Assembly: GCA_965112735.1 (NCBI GenBank) | Contig: OZ218950.1 | Span: forward strand, 6,138,001 to 6,202,000 | Length of the DNA stretch: 64,000 nt | Reading direction: 5' to 3' | Origin: Phaeosaccion multiseriatum | Lineage: Eukaryota; Protista; Ochrophyta, other classes | Shown: piece by piece, positions 1-13,084 of the stretch | How positions within the stretch are numbered: position 1 is the first letter of the stretch | How the letters are laid out: each line of letters starts with the position of its first letter | Translations under genes and position numbers: made by a program | Notes under the pieces: generated by a model | Databases searched by the model: none | Told to the model about the DNA's origin: nothing | Seen by the model: only the letters and a program-made list of their open reading frames with translations

Positions 1-274
1 TCCTCCTGCCTCGACCTCAGTCCAGGGATAGGAGAAGTCGTGGTAGGGCGGTAGGGCGATAGAGTAGCACGCTGCCCTAACCTAACATGTCCTCGTCATC
101 ATACTCTCCGCTTGTTCCAAAACGTATCCTTCCACGCCCTCTCCTCCTCCTCACCTCACTACCCACCGCAGATTGCGGGCTGAAGCCTGGTTTTGGTAGG
201 TCGAGCTGCGAGTCGGCTTCGTAGTCGTGGTCTTCATCGTCCTGGATGTTCCCAAACAGCCCACAGCAAGCCAT
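1..274 (-). CDS. 5' fragment of an unknown spliced gene running off the left edge
   Basis: ATG at 274 begins MACCGLFGNIQDDEDHDYEADSQLDLPKPGFSPQSAVGSE, followed by a GTGAG donor near 154. The N-terminal Cys pair could be a palmitoylation site. No family recognised. Confidence 0.3.
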
Positions 275-904
275 CGTGCGAACAAGGGCACGGTTTGCTC
301 GGCCTCTGAGGAAGAATTTCTCCTTGTTTGAAATCGATCCTTTTTTATTCCCCTCCTCGCTGCTCTTGTGCCGCACTTCACAGAGTAGCAGCACTCATAT
401 AACAAGTGTTTATTTCCTTCCTCTCAAAAAGATCTAGTTGATCTTGGTGCAAGGGGCAAGGGGGGGGGGGCGGTTTGAATTTCAGTTTGAGACCATAATC
501 TGCAACTGAAACTAAATTCGACCCTTCGATGCGGCCGCCGAGGGTGGGGTCAGGACAAATGCAATAAAAAAAAAAAAATTTGATGCACGCCGCAGCCAAC
601 TCTCGATTCTTTGGCCAACTTAACAATTTCCGTACTACTTCCTGCTCGATCTTTGTCTGGATAATAAGAAAATGAAAAGGGAAAAAAGAGTGCCCTCTGG
701 TTCGGCCGGTTGTGAACCGCCGAACAAGCGGGGGAGAGGAAGGAACGAAGGAGAGGAATCATCAAATATCACTGCTTACATGTACAATAAATCAGTCGGC
801 CATTTTCTTCCAGAGCAGCTGCGGCCCAGCAGCAGCCACATGGACAACACCAGCGTCACAGATGGCAGCAGACCAGTCTATCGACCACCGTCAGGCCCGG
901 ACAC

Positions 905-2453
905 TCACAAGCCTATCGAGTTTCGTATCCGCCGGAACGTTCGCCGCAGCCCCCACCCCTCAACTCTCTTCCCCTGCTCCCCCCCGGGCTGCGCTTCCCC
1001 TTTGTCCGCTCCTGCCTCTCCTCCAATTGCTCCCCTCTGTACATCGCGGGCGTGGATTCCACTCCCCTCGCCGCTTACTCTCGCCCCTGCAGAGGAGGAG
1101 GGGGACACCGGAGCCGTTGCGCTTTCCTGCAGCCCCTTCCCCCCCCCCTCCTTGCGCAAGGCCAACGCCGCCGCCGCCGCCTCCGCCTTGTCCTTCTCCT
1201 CCCTCTGTGCGTCCCCCCAGGCCTTTGCTATGGCCTTCTCCTCCACCTGCCTCGCCACATGACTCTTCTTCTTGAACCATTTGATGAGCGGACCGGACAC
1301 GCGTATGGCAATGTCCGGGGCTCTGCGGGGGGGTGGGGGTGTTGGTGATACATGTGCGAGGGGGCGATAAAGACACCAAGCGGGGCGTGGGTTGGGTTGG
1401 TTGGTAACAGAAGGGGGCGGCGTGGGTGGGTGGGCGGACGGGCGGGCGAGGTAAGACGGGTGCAAGAGGGGTTGTGGGGGAGAACAGATGCCTTTTCTAA
1501 AGGAAAGCATCTCCAGCTCCAGCCCTAACCCAGCGCTTAACACCGCCACTCATTCACAACTCAAGTCGGGACGTCGACCGCTAGCTGTGATAAAGCGATG
1601 CGACCATTTGATGCGACCAGTACTCAGTACTGGCATTGTCATCTACCCATCTCCTTCTTAAGTCCTACTTCGCCTTCGCCTACTCATGTACTACTACTCA
1701 CAAGCCGGCCAACACGTTGATGACGATCTCCTTCTTGTAGTCCGTGTACTTGTCGGGCTCGAGAGCGTTGGCCTTCCACATAGACGTGTCCACACACGAA
1801 CCCATGCTCAAAACGTTCATATTGTTGCCAATCTGTGAGAGCACAGTTGAGGGAGGGAGGAGATGATGGGAAAGCACGCCCATGAAAGTCAAGTCAACAC
1901 GACAGGAAGACCGTGTGGTTGTGTTTATTGTCTCTTTTGTTATTTTCTCGCCGCCACGTTCGCCCGCACACACGCACACACGCACGTAGACACAAAGACA
2001 AAACACGCACGCACACACGCAAGGAGAGGCTCGTTCTTCTTGTTACCTCATAGTGGATTTTATTCTCTCTGTCGATGGTGATGACGTCCTGCCAGTGCAC
2101 TTCCTTCCCTAGGATGGGCCTCGCATACCAGGGCATCTTGATTTTGTAGTCGTAGCTGGAGAGGAGGGTGAGCAGTTGGTGGTACGGCAGGAGGAGGAGG
2201 AGGAGGAGGAGGAGCGTGAGAAAGTGAGAAGTGAGAGTGAGAAGAACAACACTACCACACGGAGCTTTCCCATGTGCAAACACACGCTGTCGAGATGTAC
2301 AGCAGTGGGTGGGGGGCTGGCGGCTCCGCCGAGCTACAATTGTATCCTGCCTTTTCTCTCTAAATACAAGAGGGGGTGGGGTCTCCACCGAGCGAAACTG
2401 TGTCGTCTCTCTCTCTCCCCCCCCCCCCCCCCCCCCTCTCTCTCTCCCTCTCT

Positions 2454-2484
<31 letters not shown>

Positions 2485-2932
2485 ACCGAGGGTGGTCCAC
2501 GACGAGAGTGACTTTGTCGTCTGGAGGGCCTTTCGCCTTCTCTTCCAGAACATAATGGGACACAATCTGCAGACACAGACAGAGAGACGGAGAGAGAGTA
2601 GCAGAAGAAATGAAACACATCATACCACACCACACCACACATGTGCGCCAGGGGAGGGGAGGGGAAAGCAAAGACCGGCGAGGAGTGTGCCGAAGAGTAG
2701 AGCGGACAGACACAGAGAGTGAGCGAGAGAGGGAGAGAGGGAGCGGGGAAGAGAGGCACAGAAAGAGAGAGACGCACCCCGTCTCCCCGCCCCACATACG
2801 AGGAGAGAAGAGGGTATGGTGTGCGTGCGTGTATGCGTGCGTGTGCGTGTGTGTGTGTCCACTTACGTGCCATGGGAAGGCGTAGCGATACTCCATCTCG
2901 AAGGCAATGACATGAGTCCTGAGGGTACCCAT
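905..2932 (-). CDS. PRELI/MSF1 (Ups/SLMO-like, START-fold) lipid-transfer domain protein, multi-exon
   Basis: GT-AG-bounded exons 2932-2867 (MGTLRTHVIAFEMEYRYAFPWH), 2566-2487, ~2156-2047 (YDYKIKMPWYARPILGKEVHWQDVITIDRENKIHYE), 1832-1703 (IGNNMNVLSMGSCVDTSMWKANALEPDKYTDYKKEIVINVLAG) and 1322-905. The pattern matches PRELI: Y.FPW, PxW..PxLG, ID..NK, N.N, C-terminal helix LIKWFKKKSHVARQVEE. One internal junction is not fully resolved. Confidence 0.65.
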
Positions 2933-4104
2933 ACACAGGAACATAGAGAGAGAGGGAGAGGAAGAGAGTAAGAGGGCGAGAGAGATAGAGGGAAGTGAGA
3001 AAGAGGGACCAAGAGAGAGAGGGGGAGGGAATGGAGAGGAAGGACCAACAGGCCGCAGGTGAGGCTGGACAAAACCTAATCAGGGCTTGTCGTACCAAGA
3101 CACGACACACAAGCGGTTAGGTATATCACAGGCCCAGCTGCTTACATTTCAGCTCATTCGCACAAAGTAAAGCATGAACCATCATCACCTCGCATCAAGC
3201 CCCGCCCAGCCCTGCCCATCCACCTCCATCCCTACCCACCTCTTGTCCCTGTTGCCAGGGCCCGCCACGACCGCTGCCATCTGCGCAGCGCCTCGGAAAG
3301 GCATGGTTTGGTGGCTACCGACTCTCTCACCGCCTTGGCCGTGGGGGAAGGCGAATCTAAGCTTCGAGCCTCCCTCCCTTCCTCGTGTTCCTTGGTGGCT
3401 CGATTCTTCCGCCCTCCTTCCCCGTGACTCGACTGCGAGCTCCTTCGCACTACGTCATGTCGTCCCTCGACAAAGAAGTAGTCCTGCGCTCCTTCTCGCG
3501 GGGCTGCTCCTCCTTTGTGTTGTACAGATGGACTGCTGAGTGGCTGTAGCAGGTGGAGGGAGGAGGGGGTTCCGCACTCCACACAACTCGAACAGAACGG
3601 ATGAGACGGGTTCGCAAGAAAGATATCAACGCTTCACACGAAATAGATCAACGCGCGCAGCGAGTTTTTCTCTTATGTATGTGTTTGCTTCCTTTGCGAG
3701 GGGATGGGATGGTACCAGATTGAGTGCGAGTTTCACATTGGAAGAAACCTTCTCTCTTCCCTCCCCTTCCAATCCACCACCCTCCCTTGCTCCACTTCGT
3801 TGCTGTTGAATCTAAATAGAGGGACATCTCCTTTCACTGCTGTCGGCGAAGGCTTAGCATCCGGCGGTGAAACAAGCTCCATCGAGCAGAGATTGGTCCG
3901 ATCGGGGAAACCACACCCCCGAACCTTCCTTCTCTTCCCTTCGCGCGGGGTGTCGGAGAGGGAACTTCATCGGGGCCCAGACGCCGCAGCTTGGGAGGAT
4001 CAGCCTCTTGGAGAAGGGGGGAGATTGGGAGTCGCTGCAGCGGGAAGAGGAGTCGCGGAGGAGTGGAGGTGTGCCGGAGTGCCCTCACTCAATAGGAGGA
4101 GAAG

Positions 4105-4232
4105 ATGAATCTGTTTGGGAAGAAGTCCGCGCCGAGGGCAGCGGCACCGAACATGGCCAATGAGATCCTTGGCCTACGGGAAGCACTCACTAACCTGGAG
4201 AAGAGGTGAGTGAGTGAGAGAGAACGAGAGAG

Positions 4233-4295
<63 letters not shown>

Positions 4296-6611
4296 GAAAG
4301 GGAGAGAACAGGAGAGAGAAAAGGAAAGATACCTGTCCATGTGCATTCTGCACTGGTTAGGGGGGATTACGGCTGCTTCTCAGGGCTATGGCGGTCTGTA
4401 TGACTAGTCACGTACTCAAGCGCATCAACCACACTTGTTTTCTGGACCTCGACCTCTCCTCTCTCTCACTCTCTCTCCTTTTGCTCGCTCGTCCTCTCCC
4501 TCTCTCTCTCCTCCTCTGTCCCTCCCTTCCAATTATACCTCCCGCCCTCGCGCTCTCCCTCCCTCTCTATCTCTCTCCTACCCCCCCTCCTATCTCTCTC
4601 TCTCTCTCTCTCTCTTCAGGGAGAGCCATCTACAAAAGAAAGTTACGGCGAGTATTCACGAGGCGAAGGCGAAGGTGAGTGGAAGCGAAAGAGAGGAAGA
4701 CAGACAGAGAGAGATAATGAGAGATGGCGAGAGAGAGAAGACACACACACAGAGAGAGAGACAGAGCCTATGAGGGAGCGCAAGCCAGGCCGAGGAGAAG
4801 CGCCGAACCAAGAGCGCACGGGTCTGAGACAGGGTAGACTTGACAATCTGCCTACAACGCCTCTTAATGCCCGGGTAGCCTGCTACCTGCCTAGAACGGG
4901 ACTGAGACGGGGTATAGCCTTAACTGCCCACTCATGCGCCGCGCGCTCACATGTCTCTTCCATCCCTCCCTCCCTCCGTTCTTCTTGTCTCCTCTGCCCC
5001 CAGATGACGAAGAAGGACAAGAAGGGCGCCCTCTACGCGCTTAAGCGAAAGAAGATGTACGAGGGGCAAGTCAATCAGATCAACGGGTCTCGCATCACAC
5101 TCGAGCAGCAGGTTGGTGTCAGTGTCAGTGTAGGTGCACAAGGCATGATGGGTGTCAGGGTATGTGTTGGTGGGTTGGAAGCAGCCCCTTTCTATTCTTG
5201 ACTGACTGGCTGACTGACTGATATGCTACTTCCCCCCCCCCCCCTCCCTCTCTTTCCATCCACTGCCATCCCCCCCACCCCCAGATCATCGCTTTGGAGG
5301 GAGCCTCCATCAACAAACAGACAGTGGAGGCCCTGCGCAAGGGTGTGGCTGCACAGAAGGCGGGCAGGGGCGACATGGACGTCGACTTGGTGGATGAGGT
5401 GAGGGAGGAAGGAAGGGAGGGAGGGAGGGAGGGAGGGAGGGGGGAAGGGAGAGACCGAGAAGGGGAGAGAGGGAGGCCATCGGTCCATTGGCGATTGGCA
5501 ACGACTGTAGAGGATCGAATACGAGCAAGCCACGTATCCATCCCTTTTGTCTGATGCGCATTGTGCGGTCGAATACACAAAACACCCCACTCACCCCTCC
5601 CTCCCTCCCTCCCTCCCTCCCCAGCTCATGGACGATATCCAGGAGGAGCTCGTGGTGGCTGACGAGATCGGCTCCGCCATCTCACGTCCCGCAGAGGACC
5701 TGTTCGACGACGACGAGCTTCTCGAGGTCAGTCATTAAGAGTTTCAGTTTAAGTTCATAGACCTATCCAGTTGGTGGCTCAGTTCGTTTGACATTGTCCA
5801 TTAGTAAGAATACTCCGCCCAGTCTCTCTCTCTCTCTTTCTCTTTCTCTCTCCTTGTCTCTCTTTCGAGTCTTTCATCTCCTCTGTCTTCCAACCTCTCG
5901 ACCTACCGTCACCACCGCCCATATTCCTCCTGTATGCCTTAGCCTCTTGTAACGTCCGCCTGTTCCATCTGCCCCCTACTTACTTGACAACGGCTTGACG
6001 AATACCTGCGTACCTGGTGTCAGGAGCTGAACATGATGGAGGAGCAGGAGTTGGAGGAGCAGCTCATGTCCACACCCGCAGTGCCCACCTCCACCGGATA
6101 CGAGGTGCGGTACATACACCTGTGCCTGCTGGCAGGGGAGTGGGCAGGGGGGCAGGGGAGGGTGGGAGGGGAGACAGGAGGGGGGGAGAGGAAGGGAGAG
6201 GAGGGGAGGGGAGTGACGGCACGGGGAGGGTAGGAGTGCTATGGGAAGGAGCAAAGGGGGAGCGGAGCGTAGTTTATCGATACGGTCTCTCCTTTCACCC
6301 CCGTTTTGCCACTTTGGTATACGGTCTCTACTCTTACCCGGTCTCCACTCTTACCGTTTTTTCTCCACTTTGACACGCGCCTCGTCGTCTCCCTCCCTCC
6401 CTCCCTCCCTCCCTCCCTCCCTCCCTCCCTCCCCCCCCCCCCCTCTGTCTCTCCTCCCTAGGCGCCCACGGTGCTCAGCCCCGACCACCTGCCCGCAGCT
6501 CCGACCACGCCGGTCATGCCCTCAGCCCCCACCAGCGCCGTGCAAGCCACAGCTGTGGAGGATGACGACATGAAGGCGCTGAGGGAGCTGGAGGCCTCCA
6601 TGGCGATGTAA
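4105..6611 (+). CDS. SNF7: ESCRT-III subunit SNF7/VPS32/CHMP4, 7 exons, 236 aa
   Basis: Exons 4105-4205, 4620-4674, 5004-5111, 5285-5398, 5625-5726, 6024-6104 and 6462-6611 are all GT-AG and join in frame (711 nt). Translation: MNLFGKK...LREALTNLEKRESHLQKKV...KKDKKGALYALKRKKMYEGQVNQINGSRITLEQQIIALEGASIN...DLVDELMDDIQEELVVADEIGSAISRP...DDDELLEEL...DDDMKALRELEASMAM*. Confidence 0.95.
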
Positions 6612-7324
6612 GGAGGGACCTATGGAGGCCTACGGGAGGCCTTCAATGGCGAAGCGGGGAGCCTATGGTACCGTAGGCATGGGCTTGTCAGCGGCTTTCT
6701 TGTAAGCGTGTGACAGGAAGGGGGGGGGGAGGGCAGGCACAGCAGCCTTGTGACCACCGCACAGCCGCACAGCCGCTCACAAGTTGATTTTTTGATGACG
6801 CCTTGACTGTTTGTCATTGTTCAATCGTTTTGACTTGGTGGAGGAGGGGGCGTGTTTTGTAAGCTGGGGAGAAGGGGAGGAGGAGCCATTCCTTTGCCGA
6901 AAGCGTATGTGTGTGTGCGCGCGCGTGGGCTTGGCTTATCCCTTCCCCTTTTCGGCTCAGTGAGAGGGGCAAGGGCGGAGCTTGGCGATGGGAAGGCAGC
7001 AGATGGAAGGCAGCAGGGAGAGAGGGGTACATGGCAGTGAATGGGGGCAGTAGGGTACGTCATGCGGAGAGCGAGAGCAAGCGTGGAGCAAGCGTGGATC
7101 CTCCCGTGCCTGTCTCTGGTGTGCGTGTGTGTGTGTGGGTTTGTGTGTGAATAGAGAGCTTACAGGGGAGTAGAGTAGCGACAATTTCTTAAGGTATTGC
7201 TCACCAAAAAAGGCGAATCCCAAATCCAAAAGCTCTCCTCCAAAAGAGAATCCCCAGCTGTGAGTCCTGGTGAGTACAACACGTGCACAAAATCCTGATT
7301 GCTTTTACTACTCTGAGGAGAAAG

Positions 7325-7546
7325 ATGGGAAAGAAGGCAGGCCGGAAGGCTGGGGGAATGAAGGTCAAGAAGAAGAGTAGCAAGGGGGTCAAGGGGGTGG
7401 TGGGCTTATCTCTGGCGGCTTCAATGAACTCAAGCCTCGACCGCAGCCCCCCTCCTCCTCTCTCGCATACTCTCTCTCTCAGCTCACCTCCACTGGAGAA
7501 GAAAGAGGAGAAGAAGAACAGGAAGATGAGGAGACTCGAAAAACGA

Positions 7547-7583
<37 letters not shown>

Positions 7584-8076
7584 CGCAGCAATCACATCAA
7601 ACCCGCGATGCCCAGGGCCCCTCTGCGACGCCACACATCGGCGTCAGCGGTGCAGGCAAAGGCCGCAGCAGCAGCAGCAGTAGTAGTAGTAGCAGTGGTG
7701 GTAAACAGAGTAAAAAGCGGAAGAGAGGCGGAGGATTGATGGTAGTCAGGCCAGAGTCCTTGGGTGCAGTGATCACGCCTAAGGCTACAGCTGTCGCTGC
7801 GGTACGGGAGGCAGAAGGAGCCTACAGCAAAGGGCATCGACAGAAGGCCCGAGAGGTGAGTGAGAGAGAAGTCCATCGCCTAGAGAGAGAGAGGGGGAGG
7901 GGGTGGTAGGGGGATTGATAAGGGGCTATCCTCATGAGCGCAAGGGGGAGAAGGACCACCAAGGAGAGGGAGTGGGACAGAGTCAGAGGGGGGGGGGAGC
8001 ACAAAGTCCTTGGAAGATGTCACTCCGGCTGTGTCGTCGAACCGGTTCGGTAGTTTACTTCCCCCCCCAACCCCTC

Positions 8077-8110
<34 letters not shown>

Positions 8111-9859
8111 TGCATCACACGTCCCAGGCGTATGAGCGGGCGCTGCTGGCCTACCCGAAGGGGGTGGAGGCGTATGTGAAGCTTGCCGAGCTAATCAAGG
8201 AGGACGTGTCCACAGAGGATGAATTGAAGGTACGCGGAGGTCAGATCCGGTACTCACTCACTCACTCACTCACTCACTCACTCACTCACTCACTCACTCA
8301 CTCACTCACTCACTCACTCCCTCAGTCACACACCCACTCACTCACTCACTCACTCACTCACTCACTCACTCACTCACTCACTCGCTCGCTCATAAGTGGG
8401 GTAGTGGAGGCTTCTTTGGTGGTCAACAGATGCCCATGCTTTCTTTGGAGGCCCTATCTTTCGCAGGCCTGGTCGGGCGGCAGGGGCTTGCGTTGGTGAT
8501 GCTCTGTGGGGCTCTACTCAACTGCTCTCCACTCTTTTATCGCCCACCCCACACAGATTGAGTGAGCACAAACCGCCTCCTAACTTCACGCGCACACGCG
8601 CAGGCCACACACACACACACACACACACACGCATTCGCCAGCATGTATCTGTATAACCAACACGTCATCCACGCACGCTGCCCTGCACTGCACTTCCAAT
8701 GATGACTGAGCAGAGCATGGAGCGGCACCTCAGGCGCGCCGTGGAGAACGCTTCGTCGCTGCTGCTGTTGCCGCACGATCGGGGGGATGCTGACGACGAA
8801 ACGGCCGACGAAACTGCCAGCTGGGGCGAGCAGGCCCTTTCTCTACTGGGCATGCTACTGTGCCAGGTGGGTGTCTGGGTAGCTGTGTAGGTAGGTAGGT
8901 AGGTAGGTAGGTAGGTAGGTAGATGGGTAGGCCGGCCCGGGTCCACACGAGAGTTGTTTGCGGCTGTTATCACTTACCACGACACCGTATCGTCTCCTCG
9001 CTGTCCCCCCTAGAGACTGTAATCGTGGTCTACCATTCGAACAGGGGGAAACGTAAGCTCAATAGTCCCCGCCCCTCCCTCCCTCGCCGACCATGATCCA
9101 ACGAATGAATGTCTAACACACGTACCACATGCACACATGGTGGTTTCATAGGCGGGGAGGGACGGAGAGGCGGTGGCGGTGCTGCAGCGCTTGGGCCACA
9201 AGTACAGGCTCTCCACACACGTGCTACACTACCAGGTGCGGAGGGACAGAGGGATGGCAGTGAATGGATGGTACGGAGGGAGGGAGGGAGGGATGGCAGT
9301 GGATGGGAGGGGGGAAGGACACGCTAGGTATGGAGGCACAGCAGTGGATGGAAGTGACATCAAAGCCACCACTACCAAACCACCCACCCACCCACCCACC
9401 CCCCTCCCTCCCTCCCTCCCTCCTTCTTTCCCCTCTTCCCATCCACCCCCATCCCTCCCTCCGTCCCTCCTTCCTTCCCCTCCTCCCATCCACTGCCATC
9501 CCTCCCTCCCCCTCCCGCCCCACCCCCCAGCCCCCTGCCAAGCCCCCGACTGCCGACGTGGGCGGCAGCTCCCGCTTCGTGCAAGTGTTGGACTCTACCC
9601 TCCCCCCCCCCATGCTCCGCTTCATGCAAAGGGCCTTCGGGAGGCGCTCGCCCTTCTGGGATGCGCATGGTTACTTTGACAAGGCTAGTCCGGCGCCCCC
9701 GGGGGGGGAGGCCAGTGGGGGCCCCCCTGGGTACTTTTCCTATACGCATTCGCTCGAGGCATGCGCCAAGACGGATGGCAGCAGAAGGTAGGTAGGGAGG
9801 GAAGCAGGTGTGTGTGTGTGTGCGTGGGCGTGTGTGTGGCAAAGGTGTGGTACAGGGTA

Positions 9860-9913
<54 letters not shown>

Positions 9914-10212
9914 TGTGTGTGATGTTTTTTCAAAAAAAAAAAATGCCTCACCAGCGCTTTTTGCTTCCCTCCCTGTCCCCCACCCCACACACCCACATAC
10001 ACCCACCCACCCACCCACACACCCACACACCCACACACCCACCCACACACCCACACACACACACACCAACCAACCCCAATTGCGATGCATCACACACCAT
10101 TTGTTCAACGCCTTTGAAGCGGTATTGAAGAGGTGCTCCACCACCTCCACGCACAGGCGGTTCAGACGTCCCCAGACGCAAGAAAGGCTCGCTTTGCCGA
10201 GTGGTGAGAGGG

Positions 10213-10246
<34 letters not shown>

Positions 10247-11895
10247 CTTGGGCGACTTGTCTGTATGGGCTGACCCATCTCCTCCTCCTTACAGTCAGTC
10301 ACTCACCCACCCACTCCTACACTCACTTTCTTGCTCCCTCACCTCCCTCACTTCCTCTCTCTTCACCCCCTCACCTCCTTGTTGCTTCTCTCCCACCTCA
10401 TCCCCCCTCCCATCCACTGCCATCCCTCATCACACACCCCATCCACTGCCATCACTCCCCAGGTGGGTGCACTGTCGGCCCCACTCGTCGGGGCACCAGC
10501 TGCACTTCGACAGTGACGACGAAGGCCTCGCATCCACTGCCATCCACAACCCCGCCGTCAGCAGCGTGCTCTACCTCCAGGCAGACGTGGGAGGCCCCAC
10601 TCTCATGACCAACCAGGTTAGTTACGTAAGGTTCGTTAAGGGGGGGGGGAGTCCTACTTATCCTGCAGTGCAGCTTTGTCTTACGTTGACTTTCCTTGCT
10701 TGGATTTGCTTTACCGACGCTGCTTGCCCTCCCTCCTCCCCCCCTCCCTCCCTCCCTCCCTCCCTCCCTCCCTCCCTCCCTCCCTCCCTCCCTCCCTCCC
10801 TCCCTCCCTCCCTCCCTCCCTCCCTCCCTCCCTCCCTCCCTCCCTCCCTCCCTCCCTCCCTCCCTCCCTCCCTCCCTCCCTCCCTCCCTCCCTCCCTCCC
10901 TCCCTCCCTCCTTCCCTCCCTCCCTCCCTCCCTCCCTCCCTCTGCAGGTGCTGGGGGGTCGACTTGCGGAGCGGGGTTGGCTTGTGTTCCCCAAGGTCAA
11001 CCGATATGTCATGTTCAAGGGAAATGTACGTCATGTAGCCTTTCTTTTGTGTCCTTTTTCCTTTCCTTCCTTCCTTCCTTCCTTCCTTCCTTCCTTCCTT
11101 CCTTCCTTCCTTCCTTCCTTCCTTCCTTCCTTCCTTCCTTTCCTTCCTTCCTTCCTTTCCTTCCTTCCTTCCTTCCTTCCTTTCCTTCCTTCCTTCCGTC
11201 CGTCCTTCCTTCCTTCCTTCCTTCCTTCCTTCCTTCCTTTCCTTCCTTCCTTCCTTCCTTCCTTCCTTCCTTCCTTCCTTCCTTCCTTCCCCAATGCTAC
11301 TGCCAAACACGCCAACCAACGCTTCTGCTCTAGTTCGTTGACCCTTGTTCGTGCATGCTCTATCTTGCCGTGCCACTTCACTTCTTCGTTCCCAAGGTGT
11401 TGCATGGGGTGGTTCCGGGCCGAGGTGTCAACCCGGCCAAGGAAGGAGGGGCAGCAGGAGCAGTTGGTGATCCACCAGGAGACAGCAGTGTCGGCGGCTG
11501 GAGAATCACTTTCATGTGTGCATTCTGGCCCACCATCCAGGTACATACAGTTGCCCCCCCCCCCCCACTCTGTATCCATATTGGGATAGAGAGGGCCTTG
11601 CCTCCCATGCTACTATATCACCAACTGTCGAAGGAGAGGGGCGACGCGATCCCATGGCGGCTGCTGCTTCAGCAGCTCTCCTGCTCGCACCGCCGCTGTC
11701 CTAGCTACTGGGCGTCGAGACCGAGCACGTGAAGGAGGGGGAGGAAGGGAGGGAGGAGAGAGAGAGAGAGGAACACGCGACCCTCCTTCGTCCTCTTAAA
11801 GGCGGGGCGTGTAGCGATGCCTGCTCGGCCCACTCATTCCCTCCCCTCACCTCCCCTCCCCTGCTGCTGTGTGTGGGCCTCGCCCTCTTTTCCCA

Positions 11896-11933
<38 letters not shown>

Positions 11934-12675
11934 TCTCTCTTTCGTTCTTTCTCTCTCCCTCCCTCTCTCTACCTCTCGTCTCTCCCTCCCTCTCTCCATC
12001 TCTCCCCCTCTCTCCCTCCCTCTCTCTCTCCTGGTCTCTCTCCTCTCTTTCTTTGCGGCGTGTTGTGGGTACACGAAGATCAACACACGTGAAAAGGGCA
12101 GGAAGTGGCCTTGCGCGAGTATGCCCTTCCCTCCCCCTCAAGCAGTTGGTGATACGCGAACAGTTGGTGACACAGACTGGACAGACGCGCTTCGACAAAG
12201 CATCACCACCAGCGATGATACAGAGCTCAGGGGTCTCCAGAGCGGTCGCCAGAGGGCATCAGGAGCGGCGATGGAAGAGGCGATGGGAAGGAGCGAGGGG
12301 GAGGGGGGGCTCTCAGGGGGAGGCGCTGTCCATGGAGGAAAGCGCGTCAAGAAGCGGCACAAGCTGAAACTGAAACTATTGCTGCAGCAACAGCAACAGC
12401 AACAGCAGCAGCAGGAGCAGAAGGAGGAGCAGGAGGAGGAGGAGGAGGAGGAGGAGGAGGAGCAGAGTGGCGAACAGGGGAAGGGGGTAGAGGCGAGCGA
12501 CGGCAAATGGACGGGGTCCACGAGAGCCTTTCCGGTCCCTATACCCTCCGTGTGGCAGCGAGTCGTGGAGGAAGGGGGGGGGGGGGAGGGAGGAAGAGGG
12601 GGAGGAAGTGTGCCTCCTCCCGTGCACGAGCTCAAGACTCTACCCAGCTACGATGTGTGCTTTCAGGGCTTTTGA
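7325..12675 (+). CDS. TPR-like helical N-terminus plus 2OG-Fe(II) oxygenase-like domain protein, multi-exon
   Basis: Lys-rich first exon 7325-7855. TPR-like AEGAYSKGHRQKARE/AYERALLAYPKGVEAYVKLAEL. Exon ~10463-10616 WVHCRPHSSGHQLHFDSD...PAVSSVLYL..DVGGPTL supplies an HxD motif; micro-exon ~10948-11024 GWLVFPKVNRYVMFKG; exon ~11397-11540 VLHGVVPG...RITFMCAFW supplies the distal His and Arg. Stop at 12673-12675. Confidence 0.65.
10730..11292. repeat. (CCCT)n and (CCTT)n microsatellite blocks flanking a ~77-nt exon
   Basis: Directly visible: ~10730-10940 (CCCT)n and ~11060-11292 (CCTT)n. Confidence 0.95.
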
Positions 12676-13084
12676 TCGGTCTTGCGCAGGTCAGGCTGGG
12701 TATGTAGCACCCTCCATCCTCCTTTGCCTTTGTTGGATGAAGGGTGGAATGGGACAGGGCGAACAGCTCACCTGGTTTGAGTTTGAGATAGGTTTCGGGC
12801 GTATCCACTTGGGACTTCGGCGGCGTTTGGCGGTGGGTCTGCTGACAGCCCTTTCTTTCAGTCCTCGAGAGTCTCAGCTGGGCACTTTTAACAAGAGTCA
12901 GGCAGAGAGGAGCCATGGCTGGGATTACTCACAGAAACATTCATTTTCAATCTAATAAATAAGAAAAGAAGAGAAGGGGAGAAAGTTGACCCCTGACGCG
13001 CTATCGCCCACATTCGCGATAGCGCGCTATCGCCCCCTGACGGTTATGATGCGAAGGAGAAGTAGGTAGATGGATGTGGTGTGT

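Noticed and set aside
3170-4100. Short ORFs between the PRELI-like and SNF7 genes
   Set aside because: No recognisable motifs or splice structure; more likely divergent promoter and UTR sequence.
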